From: Thermoplasmata archaeon
GTDB taxonomy: Archaea; Thermoplasmatota; Thermoplasmata; Lutacidiplasmatales; UBA184
Direction of reading: 5' to 3'
NCBI GenBank assembly: GCA_022749995.1
Contig: JAKIWO010000001.1
Location: forward strand, 22,410 to 86,409
DNA: 64,000 nt
The translations under genes were made by a program, and so were the position numbers. Shown here one piece after another: positions 55,886 to 64,000 of this stretch. The notes below the pieces were generated by a model. The model ran no database searches. It saw only the letters and a program-made list of their open reading frames with translations, and was not told where the DNA came from. Numbering within the stretch: the first letter of the stretch is position 1; every line of letters starts with the position of its first letter.

Positions 55886-56730
55886 GAACTCGACTCCAGC
55901 GGGCGGTCCCGCACCGCGCGCACGGCGCGCGCGACGAGTGCGCGCAGGAGCAAGCGGCGATACGGGTCGGTGGCCCGTCGATCCGCCCGCACCGGGGCCT
56001 CGTGCGCCGCGACGTCTGCGCACGCTCGGATCTCCGCATCGCTCGGGGCGACTCCATGCAGAGCCGCCTCCGCCCCCGGCGCCCGGCGCGCCAGGGGGGC
56101 TACTCCTGCCGTGGCCACCCGCCAGTCACCCCCCAGCGGGTCGTACGCCACCGCGACCGCCAGTTGGGAGATGTCGTTCGCTGGCCGGACCCGCTGCCAG
56201 CGGAAGGCGCAGGGCCGGGCAGGGATCCGAACCCGGCGGAGCAGCTCCCCGGGCGCGAGCGAGGTACGCCGGGGGGATTGGAGGAACTCCTCGAGCGGGA
56301 GCTCGCGCTCGCCCTGCGCACCGTACAGACCGACGCGCGCCTCGAGCGCGAGGAGGATCGGAATCAGGTCGGAGACGGGGGAGGCGCGGACCAGGTTTCC
56401 GCCCAGCGTCGCGCGGTGGCGCAGGGCGAGCCCGCCGACGGCACCCACCGCCTCGAAGAGTCCGGGCATCCGACGCCGCAGCTCGGCGTTGCGCTCTAGG
56501 CTCGCCAGCGGTACGAGCGCCCCCACCTCGAGTTCGGTGGAGGTCCAGTTCAGCTCGCGCCAGGGGAGGCGCCGTAGCGAGAGCACCCGGCGGGGAGCGG
56601 TCCGGCCCTCGTCGATATCGGGCAAGAGGTCGGTCCCACCGGCGAGCACGGCGAGCTCCCCGGGCCCGGCGGCGAGGAGGGCGGCGACCGCCTCCTCGCC
56701 CGTCGCCGGAGCGAGCAGGGTGAACGTCAC
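55882..56730 (-). CDS. FAD-binding medium subunit (CoxM/XdhB-like molybdopterin dehydrogenase FAD-binding domain)
   Basis: The VLAGGTDLLPD and ATLGGNL motifs; 282 aa. It is the first gene of the M-S-L operon. Confidence 0.8.
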   Translation of the reverse strand: MTFTLLAPATGEEAVAALLAAGPGELAVLAGGTDLLPDIDEGRTAPRRVLSLRRLPWRELNWTSTELEVGALVPLASLERNAELRRRMPGLFEAVGAVGGLALRHRATLGGNLVRASPVSDLIPILLALEARVGLYGAQGERELPLEEFLQSPRRTSLAPGELLRRVRIPARPCAFRWQRVRPANDISQLAVAVAYDPLGGDWRVATAGVAPLARRAPGAEAALHGVAPSDAEIRACADVAAHEAPVRADRRATDPYRRLLLRALVARAVRAVRDRPLESSS

Positions 56731-56817
56731 GGGGCGCCGAGCCGAGCCCGGATGATACCATTTTGCAAACTTCTCGCCGGCGGTTTTATTCTCGGGATGC
56801 GATAGGGAGCCCGCCCG

Positions 56818-57321
56818 ATGTCCTTTGAGCTCACACTCCGCTACTCGACCCCGCTCTCCCCGATCGAGGACCTCGAGGAGGTGCTCACCGAGTTCCTTCG
56901 GATGGTGGGCTACCTACCACCGGTCGACGACGGACGAGCCGGCGAGGGTCCCGTCCGAGAGAGCGTGGCCTATCGGCTGGTCCATGATTGCCTGCTCAAG
57001 GACCCGGCCCGTCCCTGGTTCGCCGAGGAGCTCGTCGCGGTGCTGAAGACGACCAAGCCGACCGTCTACCGCCACTTGAACAAGCTCAAGGAACTCGACC
57101 TCCTCGAAGGGGTGAACGGCGGTCCGGACGGCGCGGGGCGCAAGGGCTACCGGCTACGGTACGGGAGCCTGTCGCAGGCCTGGGACTTCACCGAGGCGAA
57201 CGCCCAGAACGCGCTCCGCCGGTACCGCGAAACGGTAAACCACCTCCAGCATCTGCTCGAGCGACCGGCGCCGGCCGCTCCCGCGGCACGGCGCGCGGCA
57301 CAGGAGAAGCGCGGAGGATGA
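56818..57321 (+). CDS. winged-helix transcriptional regulator (archaeal type)
   Basis: A putative HTH (LVAVLKTTKPTVYRHLNKLKELDLLE). It is divergent from the xanthine-dehydrogenase-like operon. Confidence 0.6.
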   Translation: MSFELTLRYSTPLSPIEDLEEVLTEFLRMVGYLPPVDDGRAGEGPVRESVAYRLVHDCLLKDPARPWFAEELVAVLKTTKPTVYRHLNKLKELDLLEGVNGGPDGAGRKGYRLRYGSLSQAWDFTEANAQNALRRYRETVNHLQHLLERPAPAAPAARRAAQEKRGG

Positions 57322-57620
57322 GCTCGGGGGAAGGGGGGTCTAAGCGCCCGGCGATCTCGCTCACGCAGGGTTCCCGGGTCCGGGTCCATTCGGCCGGCAG
57401 CCGTGAGGAGCCGATGGTCAGCGTCGGCGTCTTCCGTGGGCTCGTCTCCGTCGGCGGCGAGAACTCCCTCGCGCTCGAACTCGAGGCGGAGAAGGGGGAG
57501 AAGGAGCGGGTGCGGCTCGTGCCGCTCTCCGCCATCTTCGCGATCGACATCCTCCTGGCGGTCAAAGCCGAGGAAGAGAAGCGGGTCGACCCCGGCACCG
57601 CCTCGGGGTACTTCCGGTAA
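57318..57620 (+). CDS. hypothetical 100-aa protein translationally coupled to the wHTH regulator (ATGA overlap)
   Basis: Internal Met111 of the listed ORF 56988..57620. A beta-rich central region (VRVHSAGSREEPMVSVGVFRGLVSVGGENSLALELE) is followed by a hydrophobic/acidic tail. Confidence 0.5.
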   Translation: MSSGEGGSKRPAISLTQGSRVRVHSAGSREEPMVSVGVFRGLVSVGGENSLALELEAEKGEKERVRLVPLSAIFAIDILLAVKAEEEKRVDPGTASGYFR

Positions 57621-57628
57621 TCCCGGAG

Positions 57629-57729
57629 CGGGCTTGCTGGGAGTTTCGCCGCCCGCACGACGGGGGGTTTCGAACCCAGGTCGTTGGCTTCGAAGGCCAA
57701 CAGGATAGTCCAGACTACCCCACAAGCCC
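57629..57729 (-). tRNA. tRNA-Arg (anticodon UCG) carrying a putative 26-nt non-canonical intron within the T-arm (between positions ~56-61); no encoded CCA
   Basis: Manual fold: acceptor GGGCTTG/CAAGCCC (7 bp), U8, D-arm with A14, G18G19 and A21, anticodon stem TTGGC/GCCAA with loop CTTCGAA (U33, anticodon TCG, A37), 4-nt variable loop, T-stem CTGGG...CCCAG with G53/C61, T-loop TTCGAAA, discriminator G. The T-stem 3' strand is separated from the loop by ccccccgtcgtgcgggcggcgaaact. A TATA-like CTTATAC lies about 25 nt upstream. Confidence 0.6.
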
Positions 57730-57751
57730 GCGCGGTTCTCACGTCGGAGGC

Positions 57752-57760
57752 CGTATAAGG
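57752..57760 (-). promoter_or_regulatory. TATA-like box (minus-strand CCTTATACG) about 25 nt upstream of the tRNA 5' end
   Basis: Forward sequence ccgTATAAGgg at 57752-57760. Confidence 0.3.
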
Positions 57761-57803
57761 GGGTTGTGCGCGACGGGCGAGCGGCTCGCCGGGAGCGTCC
57801 GCC

Positions 57804-60800
57804 TCAGGTGTGGGTCGGAGGGATCGGCTGCCGTACCGCTGCTTCGGCTGACTCCTCGGATTCGAGGGGCAGTCCGTCCAGCGTGGTCTGCGACGGAGTT
57901 CCCGGGAAGAGGGTGGCGAGCGAGTTCTCGAGTAGATCGATCCGCTGGCGCAGGTACGGGGTGACCCCCGGAGTCCGTGCGAGCCGCTGGGACAGCCCGA
58001 GGTACTTGCGTACCGCGCCCTCAAAGACGGTCGGCGAAAGCTCGCCGCCGCAGCTCTCGCGGCCCTTCGTCACGGCGCAGCGGCCGGTGAGGGGCGGCCG
58101 TCGGTAGCTCATGCCACAGGCCTTGCACCGGAACTTCTGCGTCGCGAAGCTCTTCAGGTTCCCCATGAGGTCTGGAATGAAGTGGGCGTTGAGGACGAGG
58201 CTCACCGCATCGGCGATGTCCACGGCCCGTAGCTGAGCCGTGAGCAGGAGCGACTGCTCCACGATGCTGGGCATGCTGGCTGCCTCCCGGTACGCCGAGC
58301 GCACGGGGCCGCCGGCGAGGTCGCTCGTGTCGTGGGTGAATCCGGCGTCCCAGACGGCTCCGGTGGCGTCAATCCACCGGCCCAACGTGGGCACCAGGGA
58401 CTCGAGCTCCTTGGCCGAGCGGTGCGCCGCGGCGCCCTCGAAGACCGCCAGAGGGTACGAGTCGGCCACGTCCAGGTTGTGCGCCTCCTTGTCCACCTCG
58501 CGCGCGTCGACCCGAGTGGTGAGGACGAGCGGCTTGTCCATGAGCGCCCCGCGGCTATCGGGCAGGAACGCCCGGGAGAAGTTCACCAGCGCATCGAGCA
58601 GCAGGGTGACCGAGTCCTCGTCGCCGTCGCAGTTGCGCCGCTTGGCGGCGTGGAACAAGGGATGGGCAAAGCACGCCTCCGCGTCGCTGTAGCCGATCAG
58701 TCGGCCGGCCACCCCCCCCGAGGTGTGGGGGGCGAGCGCCACCAGGATCGCGCCGACCAATTCCTCGGGCGCGTGCACCTGATAGAACGGCGAGACGTTG
58801 TACAGCCGGACCAGTTCGTCGTCGACGAACTGGGCGAGATGGGTCAGGTACTTCCCGCAGGAGCGCGAGACGATGAGGTCTTGCGGGCGTAGCTCGAGCA
58901 ACTGTTCGGGGTCCGTGAGCGGCTCGCCGAGCAGGTCGGTGCGATAGCCCAGCTCTCGCAGCCGGACCACGGGGGTGCCCACCTCCGACGGTCGGAAGTG
59001 GGTGAGGGGAAGGTCGGTGAGGTCGAATCGGGCCGTGCCGTCCTGGTAGACCGAAATGCCGTGCGCGGCCCGAAGAATTCCCTTCTCGAGTCGCTCGGGA
59101 ACCTTGCCGCGCGAGGTCAGTCCCTTGACCCCTTTGACCTCCGGTACCCTACGCAGGTGCAGCCGGTCGAGCGCCTGCGCCCACAAGGGTGCCACCGGCA
59201 GCGGTTGCGTCGAGAGTTCGCCCGTGGCCACCGTGAGCCCGCCGCAGGTGCAACTTCCCCACACGGAGCCCCGTCCGCAGTCGCTGCAGCGCCGCACGCC
59301 GAGCGTCGTGGGAACCCCACCGCCCATGCTGCGCCGCGCCGCCTCCGGCACCGAGCGTCGGGGCCCTCCCGCCTCGCCGACCGGGAAGAGGGCGTGCACG
59401 TTCGGGCTCATCGACCGCTGCCGTGCCTTCTCCGGCCGGCCCACACGCGCGCCGATCCGCGACGGACCCTTGGCGCGGACCTGCGCTCCTGCGAGCCGGC
59501 TCACCAGCACGAGCGGGGACCCCGTGTCGTCCTCGGGCAAGCCGTCGCCGCGGCGGAGCACCACGCCACCTTCCACCGCGAGGCCCAGGCCACCGAGCAG
59601 ACCCGCGGCCGCCACCGGCTCGAGGCGCAACATTCCCTCGCCCGCCGGCGCGTGGGCCGCGCCGAGCCGCACGAGCAGCTCCTTCCACTCGGGGTCCGCC
59701 GAAAGCTCGAGGGAGCCGTTGTGCCAACGGCCCGCGCTCTCCACCCGCTCCGACAGGCGCAGGATCTCCCGCGTACTCAGGTCGTGCCAGAACAGCAGGA
59801 ACCGAGGATGGAGCGGCGCACCGGTTCGCACCGACGTCGCGAGCGCGTGCGCGTAGTCGGGAGAGAGCGCCAACGCATCGAGAGGGACGCCGCGGGAGCG
59901 CAGTTCTTCCAGGTGCCAATCCAGGGAGTAGCCGCCCGGTTCGAGCGGCCGATTGTTCTCCAAGAACTCGCCGAACGGCACCAGCAACTCCCCCAGGTCG
60001 ATGATCCGCCGGACCCGGGGGAGCACGGTTTCGGCGCTCGCGGTATCGTGCACACCCACGAGCGTACCGTCGGTGAGTTCGAGCAGCGGCCCCTCGATGG
60101 TGTCGCAGAGCGCCATCGCCGTCGCCTTGCCGGGGTACTCGAGCTTGACCTGGGTGCCGATCGCCACGAATCGGTGCAGCACGACCATGGTCGCGGGGTT
60201 GATCGCGCACGAGGCGAGCCCCGTCGTCCTCGCCCGCCCGTACACGAGGCGGAAGCCGCCGGGGCGGTTCGGATAGGCGAGGATCGGCCGTCCGCCGAGC
60301 GCCTCGCGCAGGTACTTGGGTTCGCTGGGACGCTCCTCCTCGCCGTTGGCCTGGTGGCCGACCCGCTCGAGGAACTCCCAGCCCGGGATCCCGAGCTTCT
60401 CCACAATCTTGCGCAGCTTCGCGGACTTCTGGCAGAGCCCCTCGGCGATGACGAGGCAGGCTCCGCCCCGGATGCCGTTGGTGCCGACCCGCGGCAAGTC
60501 GCGGAAGGCGCTCACCTGCGCATCCCCTTCGGTCGACTCCCCCGAGATGGCCACGGGAACCCCGCGGACCACGGTCGCCACCTCCTCCGGGCTCGGCACG
60601 TACTGTAGGTGCTGCAGGTGCTTGTAGAGCGGGATCTCCTCCTGGTACCGCCCGACCTCGTCCTCGTGCGGATGGTACCGACCGAGACCGGCATCGCGCC
60701 GGACCACGTCCGCCAGCAGCACCGACAGCGCTTGGGCCGTGCCACCCGCCGCGCGGATCGGGCCGGCGTAGTAGAGTTCGAGGTAGGCCGAGTCGGTCCC

Positions 60801-61178
60801 TTCCCCCCGGACGTGCACCTCGGCAAGTCCCTCGAGCGGGGCGACCAGGATCCCCTCGGTCAGGATGGCGAGCCCCACCCGGAGCGCACGGTCGAGCCGC
60901 GCCTCCAGACTCAGCCCCTGCCCATCCTCCCGGGCGAGGCGGCGGGCCATCTCCACCGCGGCCTCCTCCCGGGGCATTCGCTCGGCCAGGCGGCGGATCT
61001 CCACCGAGATCCCGTCGAGATGGAGGTGCGCGAGCAGCTTTTCGACGCGCATCGCCATGTCCTGCGCGCGAGGGATCTCGACCTCCGCCGAAGGGTCCAC
61101 GCCGGTGCGCCGGGCCGCCGAGGCCGCCTCGTAGGCACGCGTTACTTCGGCGTCGAGGAGGGCGTCGTACTCCTCCAC
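57804..61178 (-). CDS. polD2: DNA polymerase II (PolD) large subunit DP2, intein-free
   Basis: The N-terminus EEYDALLDAEVTRAYEAASAARRTGVDPSAEVEIPRAQDMAMRVE and the LYYAGPIRAAGGTAQALSVL block closely parallel Pyrococcus DP2; C-terminal zinc fingers are present (CKACGMSYRRPPLTGRCAVTKGRESCGG); 1124 aa. Confidence 0.85.
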   Translation of the reverse strand: MEEYDALLDAEVTRAYEAASAARRTGVDPSAEVEIPRAQDMAMRVEKLLAHLHLDGISVEIRRLAERMPREEAAVEMARRLAREDGQGLSLEARLDRALRVGLAILTEGILVAPLEGLAEVHVRGEGTDSAYLELYYAGPIRAAGGTAQALSVLLADVVRRDAGLGRYHPHEDEVGRYQEEIPLYKHLQHLQYVPSPEEVATVVRGVPVAISGESTEGDAQVSAFRDLPRVGTNGIRGGACLVIAEGLCQKSAKLRKIVEKLGIPGWEFLERVGHQANGEEERPSEPKYLREALGGRPILAYPNRPGGFRLVYGRARTTGLASCAINPATMVVLHRFVAIGTQVKLEYPGKATAMALCDTIEGPLLELTDGTLVGVHDTASAETVLPRVRRIIDLGELLVPFGEFLENNRPLEPGGYSLDWHLEELRSRGVPLDALALSPDYAHALATSVRTGAPLHPRFLLFWHDLSTREILRLSERVESAGRWHNGSLELSADPEWKELLVRLGAAHAPAGEGMLRLEPVAAAGLLGGLGLAVEGGVVLRRGDGLPEDDTGSPLVLVSRLAGAQVRAKGPSRIGARVGRPEKARQRSMSPNVHALFPVGEAGGPRRSVPEAARRSMGGGVPTTLGVRRCSDCGRGSVWGSCTCGGLTVATGELSTQPLPVAPLWAQALDRLHLRRVPEVKGVKGLTSRGKVPERLEKGILRAAHGISVYQDGTARFDLTDLPLTHFRPSEVGTPVVRLRELGYRTDLLGEPLTDPEQLLELRPQDLIVSRSCGKYLTHLAQFVDDELVRLYNVSPFYQVHAPEELVGAILVALAPHTSGGVAGRLIGYSDAEACFAHPLFHAAKRRNCDGDEDSVTLLLDALVNFSRAFLPDSRGALMDKPLVLTTRVDAREVDKEAHNLDVADSYPLAVFEGAAAHRSAKELESLVPTLGRWIDATGAVWDAGFTHDTSDLAGGPVRSAYREAASMPSIVEQSLLLTAQLRAVDIADAVSLVLNAHFIPDLMGNLKSFATQKFRCKACGMSYRRPPLTGRCAVTKGRESCGGELSPTVFEGAVRKYLGLSQRLARTPGVTPYLRQRIDLLENSLATLFPGTPSQTTLDGLPLESEESAEAAVRQPIPPTHT

Positions 61179-61221
61179 GGGCCCCGGAGCCCGGCGGTCC
61201 CTTAAGATGGTGGGGCGGGGC

Positions 61222-61689
61222 TCATTGGCAGAGGACGGTCAGGTTGAGGACGTAGCTTCCGGCGGCGCCGGGTGCCTGTACCGTGATCGTGGTGTCGCCA
61301 TCGCCGTGAGCGGCGTACAGGACCGGCGCGGGCGGTGAGCTCGAGACCACGTGGAAGGGGGCGTTGGGATTGAAGGCGACGAGGCTGTGAGCGAGCGAGT
61401 CGTCGTTGGCCAGGTTGAGCGAGACCGTGAACGTGCCGCCGACCGGCAGGGTGAGCGGGTAGCCGGAGACGAAGCTCACGTTCGCGACCCCGAACCAAGG
61501 CTGGCCCTGCGTGGTCCGGCCCTCCTCGAGGTAGGCCGAGGCGCCCGAGACCGTAACGCTGGCCGAGGAACTGTGGTTGTACAGGGACACCACCGCGAGC
61601 AGGACCACCACCACCGCTGCCACCGCGCCGACCACGAGGACGAGGTGCTTGCGGCCTCGCGCCCCCTGGAAGTACCCTACGATGGACAT
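61222..61689 (-). CDS. exported/membrane-anchored hypothetical protein (N-terminal signal anchor, beta-rich ectodomain)
   Basis: MSIVGYFQGARGRKHLVLVVGAVAAVVVVLLAVVSL is a basic n-region plus a hydrophobic helix (possibly a class III/pilin-like signal). It is followed by a Ser/Thr/Val/Asn-rich domain. Confidence 0.5.
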   Translation of the reverse strand: MSIVGYFQGARGRKHLVLVVGAVAAVVVVLLAVVSLYNHSSSASVTVSGASAYLEEGRTTQGQPWFGVANVSFVSGYPLTLPVGGTFTVSLNLANDDSLAHSLVAFNPNAPFHVVSSSPPAPVLYAAHGDGDTTITVQAPGAAGSYVLNLTVLCQ

Positions 61690-61750
61690 GTCGCTCCCTC
61701 TGGGTAGTGGTGCGAGGGACGCGGCTATTATTCCTTCGGCGGAGCCGCGT

Positions 61751-62512
61751 TCAGCGCGTATCGGGCGCGGCGGGGAAAACGCCTGTCGCCTCGGCGATCT
61801 GGCGCCGCGCCTTGCCCGCAGGGTGCAAGGAGCCGAGCTCGACGACGTGCCCCCCGGCCGGTGGCGCGAGCGCTCTTGGGTTGAACCAGAGCGCGGGGAT
61901 GCCGGCGGATCGCGCCCCGACGACGTCCGACTCGAAGGAGTCGCCCACCATCCGGGCCTCGGGCGGAGCCGCGCGCAGCCGACGTAGCGCTAGGCGAAAA
62001 ATCTCTGCTGAGGGTTTGGCGTAGCCGGCCTCTTCCGATGTGAGCAGCAGGTCGACGAGGGGGGCGAGTCCAATCGCCTCGAGCTTCTCCTCCTGCTCGA
62101 TCCGCAGGTTGTTAGTGACGATGCCGACCGGGATGCCCGCCTCGTGGTAGCTCCCGAGGAGCTCCGGAGCCCCCGTGACGGGGCGGCGGGAACGCTGGTA
62201 CTCCTCGCGGTACACGCTGGCCATCTGCGCGACCTCGGCGGGGAGCGCTGAGGATCCGGCGTCTGCGAGGAGCCGACGGAACCGATCCTCTCGCGCAGCG
62301 CTCGCCGAAAGAGTGCCCGAGAGCACGCCCTCGTGCAGCTCGTTGACCAGGTCCAGGTACCGGCCCACCTGCACGGCGAAGGCCGTACGGGCCAATCCAG
62401 GGTGCTCGCGGCGCAGGCGCTGAAGCGCGCCCTTCACGGCTCCGCGATGATCGAATAGCGTGTCGTCCAGGTCGAACAACACTACGCGGGGGGAGGGGAG
62501 CGCGGAGTTCAC
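61751..62512 (-). CDS. HAD-superfamily hydrolase
   Basis: Motif I VVLFDLDDTLFD, the later K and DD motifs (GIVTNN...; MVGDSFESDVVGA); 253 aa. Confidence 0.8.
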   Translation of the reverse strand: MNSALPSPRVVLFDLDDTLFDHRGAVKGALQRLRREHPGLARTAFAVQVGRYLDLVNELHEGVLSGTLSASAAREDRFRRLLADAGSSALPAEVAQMASVYREEYQRSRRPVTGAPELLGSYHEAGIPVGIVTNNLRIEQEEKLEAIGLAPLVDLLLTSEEAGYAKPSAEIFRLALRRLRAAPPEARMVGDSFESDVVGARSAGIPALWFNPRALAPPAGGHVVELGSLHPAGKARRQIAEATGVFPAAPDTR

Positions 62513-62530
62513 GGATCCTCCCGTGCTCCC

Positions 62531-63106
62531 TCAGTGGGAGGGCGCGCCCCGCCCCGTCTCTGTCTCCCCCGAGGTCGGAGGCGCTGTCGCCCCCGCGAGA
62601 ACTCCGTAGCAGGCGAACGCCAGGAGGAAGAAGATCGCCATCAGGTAGGACGCGATCGCGTTACCGTAGCCAGTGTAGACGAAACTCAGCCCGCCGACCG
62701 CAGCGCCCGCGATGCCGACGAACCCCAGCCCGCCGAGACGCCGTACCTGTGCCGAGGGGAAGGTGTTCGACAAAGCGAAGACGACCAGGGAGAGGAACAC
62801 GAGCGCCACCGCTACGACCACGTGCGCCGCGAGCGCCGGATCCGACCCGTCGATGATCGCCGTGCCGAGCGAGGGAGTCCCCCCAGGGAAGCTTCCCAGG
62901 AGGTTGACCCACTCCCCGAGCAGGAACTGCAGGGTCAGTAGACCCAACAGCCCTCGCGCGGCCCGCTGCAGACCCACCCAGGAGTACTCTCCGTCGACCG
63001 TTGAGGCCCGAGAAGCGCCGGTCATCGTTCCCCTCGCGAAGCTACCGCCCTCCTCGGGCGGTCGTGCGCGGGCTGCGCGGCCTCGTGCGCCGAGCCGGTC
63101 GGGCAC
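62531..63106 (-). CDS. integral membrane protein, hypothetical (start possibly at the internal Met near 63028)
   Basis: Four predicted TM helices (LLGLLTLQFLLGEWVNLLGSF; HVVVAVALVFLSLVVFAL; GFVGIAGAAVGGLSFVY; YLMAIFFLLAFACYGVLAG). Confidence 0.5.
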   Translation of the reverse strand: MPDRLGARGRAARARPPEEGGSFARGTMTGASRASTVDGEYSWVGLQRAARGLLGLLTLQFLLGEWVNLLGSFPGGTPSLGTAIIDGSDPALAAHVVVAVALVFLSLVVFALSNTFPSAQVRRLGGLGFVGIAGAAVGGLSFVYTGYGNAIASYLMAIFFLLAFACYGVLAGATAPPTSGETETGRGAPSH

Positions 63107-63926
63107 CCTCCGAGGCCCGATTGGCGAATCCGGACTCGAGCAAGCCGGAGAGCAGTGAGTCGTGCTTGCGCTCGTCGGCCGCGATGCTCTCGAGCAGCAG
63201 GGCGAGCGTACCCCCGACCTCCCGGGCGAGGACCGGTTCGGGCCGAGCTTCGGCCCGTCGCTCGTCCCGTATCAGTCCCTCCACATCGGCCCGGGTGATC
63301 CCGGTAGCGGGCGCCCGGGAGATTCCCCGGGAGAGGTACGGCCCCAGGGAAGCGACGATCTCTGCGTGACGCAAGCTGTCCGAGGCGATCTGACGGAAGA
63401 CGGCCCGAGTGAGCTCGTCGCGTGCCTTCTGGGCGAGCCGCATCGACTGGGCCACCGCGCGTTGCTCCGCGCGGACCCGGGCCCGGCTCCACCAGAGCAT
63501 CTCGCGGGTCCGTTCGCCGGAGGGCGCTTTTCCGGGGGCGACGCCCGGCTCCGTTCCCGGGTGGACCCCCTCCGTCAGCTCGACCAGCGCACGGGCGCCG
63601 TCGAACAGGATGCGGAGGCGTTCGCCCGGTTCGGCAGGGCGCATCGCCACGAGGCGGTGGGCGACCGAACGGGCCAGCCGTCGCGCTTCCTCGCTGCGAT
63701 CGAACGGCTCGAGCTCCCGGCCCCGCCGCTTCCCGGAGAGGTACTGCGAGACGGCCGACGGGGCGACACCCAGGAGGTCGGCGGCATGGCGCGTCGACTC
63801 ACCCAGCTCCTCCACCAATTCGGAGGCCACCATCACTTGGAGGATCTGGAGGTAGCTCACGGGAGTGCGGGGCGCGCGGGAGCCCGTCACGTTACAGTGC
63901 CTTCGGGGGGCGGTCTCGACGAGCAA
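63042..63926 (-). CDS. HTH-domain protein fused to a helical ferritin/rubrerythrin-like (DUF-type) domain; putative regulator; start probably at the Met near 63833
   Basis: An HTH (SELVEELGESTRHAADLLGVAPSAVSQYLSGKRRG) is followed by a helical domain with E..H pairs (DSLRHAEIVASL ... ESIAADERKHDSLLSGL) reminiscent of ferritin-like metal sites. Confidence 0.5.
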   Translation of the reverse strand: MLVETAPRRHCNVTGSRAPRTPVSYLQILQVMVASELVEELGESTRHAADLLGVAPSAVSQYLSGKRRGRELEPFDRSEEARRLARSVAHRLVAMRPAEPGERLRILFDGARALVELTEGVHPGTEPGVAPGKAPSGERTREMLWWSRARVRAEQRAVAQSMRLAQKARDELTRAVFRQIASDSLRHAEIVASLGPYLSRGISRAPATGITRADVEGLIRDERRAEARPEPVLAREVGGTLALLLESIAADERKHDSLLSGLLESGFANRASEGARPARRTRPRSPRTTARGGR

Positions 63927-64000
63927 CGGTAGGGGCGTTCACGCCGTGAATCCTCGAGCGTTGCGACACGGTGAGCTGTTATAGCCTGTGCCGGCCCGGG

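Noticed and set aside
57629-57729. An alternative reading of the tRNA region as a plus-strand tRNA-Ser(CGA), using the same anticodon hairpin.
   Set aside because: The anticodon hairpin is near-palindromic, but only the minus-strand reading gives a complementary 7-bp acceptor stem (GGGCTTG/CAAGCCC), conserved D-loop residues and a G53-C61 T-stem. The plus-strand ends (GCCCGC.../...GCCCGC) are not complementary.
1-64000. A search for CRISPR arrays, rRNA genes, transposases/integrases and prophage or integrative-element boundaries.
   Set aside because: No direct-repeat/spacer periodicity, no rRNA-like conserved stretches, and no DDE/tyrosine-recombinase-like ORFs were seen. The only tRNA (57629-57729) is not flanked by an integrase or att-like duplication. 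Gene content is housekeeping throughout, apart from the HEPN-MNT pair.

Overview
This 64 kb window reads as a high-GC (about 68%) archaeal chromosomal segment, most consistent with a Thermoplasmatota-like, non-halophilic euryarchaeon. The basis is the presence of A-type ATP synthase subunits, the PolD large subunit, an Sm/L37e pair, purP, a class II RNR, DNA gyrase, and a Sulfolobus-type SSB with an RGG tail. Genes are densely packed, with many 1-4 nt start/stop overlaps. I found no CRISPR array, rRNA, transposase or integrase. Recognisable content, in order: carB (5'-truncated by the window edge), an AsnC/RAM-domain protein, SSB, a TPR protein, trpS, a HEPN-MNT toxin-antitoxin pair, rps15 followed by a RecJ-like DHH phosphoesterase and gyrA, an ArsA/Get3-HSP20 ATPase, folP divergent from a P-loop kinase, Sm and L37e, mpg, an M29 aminopeptidase, a HEAT-repeat protein, DUF72, a ferredoxin, and the complete A-ATPase gene set split into two convergent operons (atpFABD-x-HI on the plus strand, atpKEC on the minus strand). 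These are followed by DUF169, RNase Z, a HutI-like amidohydrolase, a NUDIX hydrolase, nrdJ, bcp, an MFS transporter, a GNAT acetyltransferase, PolX, nadA/nadC, a STAND-type AAA+TPR ATPase, gcvT, purP, a xanthine-dehydrogenase-family FAD/2Fe-2S/Mo operon, a wHTH regulator, a tRNA-Arg(UCG) that appears to carry a 26-nt non-canonical intron in the T-arm, the polD large subunit, and a HAD hydrolase. Several TATA-like boxes (TTAAATA / TTATATA / TTTAATAGA) sit 22-35 nt upstream of starts, consistent with short-leader archaeal promoters. The points most worth follow-up are the intron-containing tRNA, the HTH-MNT/HEPN module with a palindromic operator, the rearranged A-ATPase locus with a 51-aa transmembrane ORF, the effector-less STAND ATPase, and a small lysine-rich tandem-repeat protein in a lower-GC pocket with a strong hairpin terminator. 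I could not run any searches or folding; all coordinates I refined by hand (alternative starts, motifs) carry an uncertainty of about 1-3 nt.
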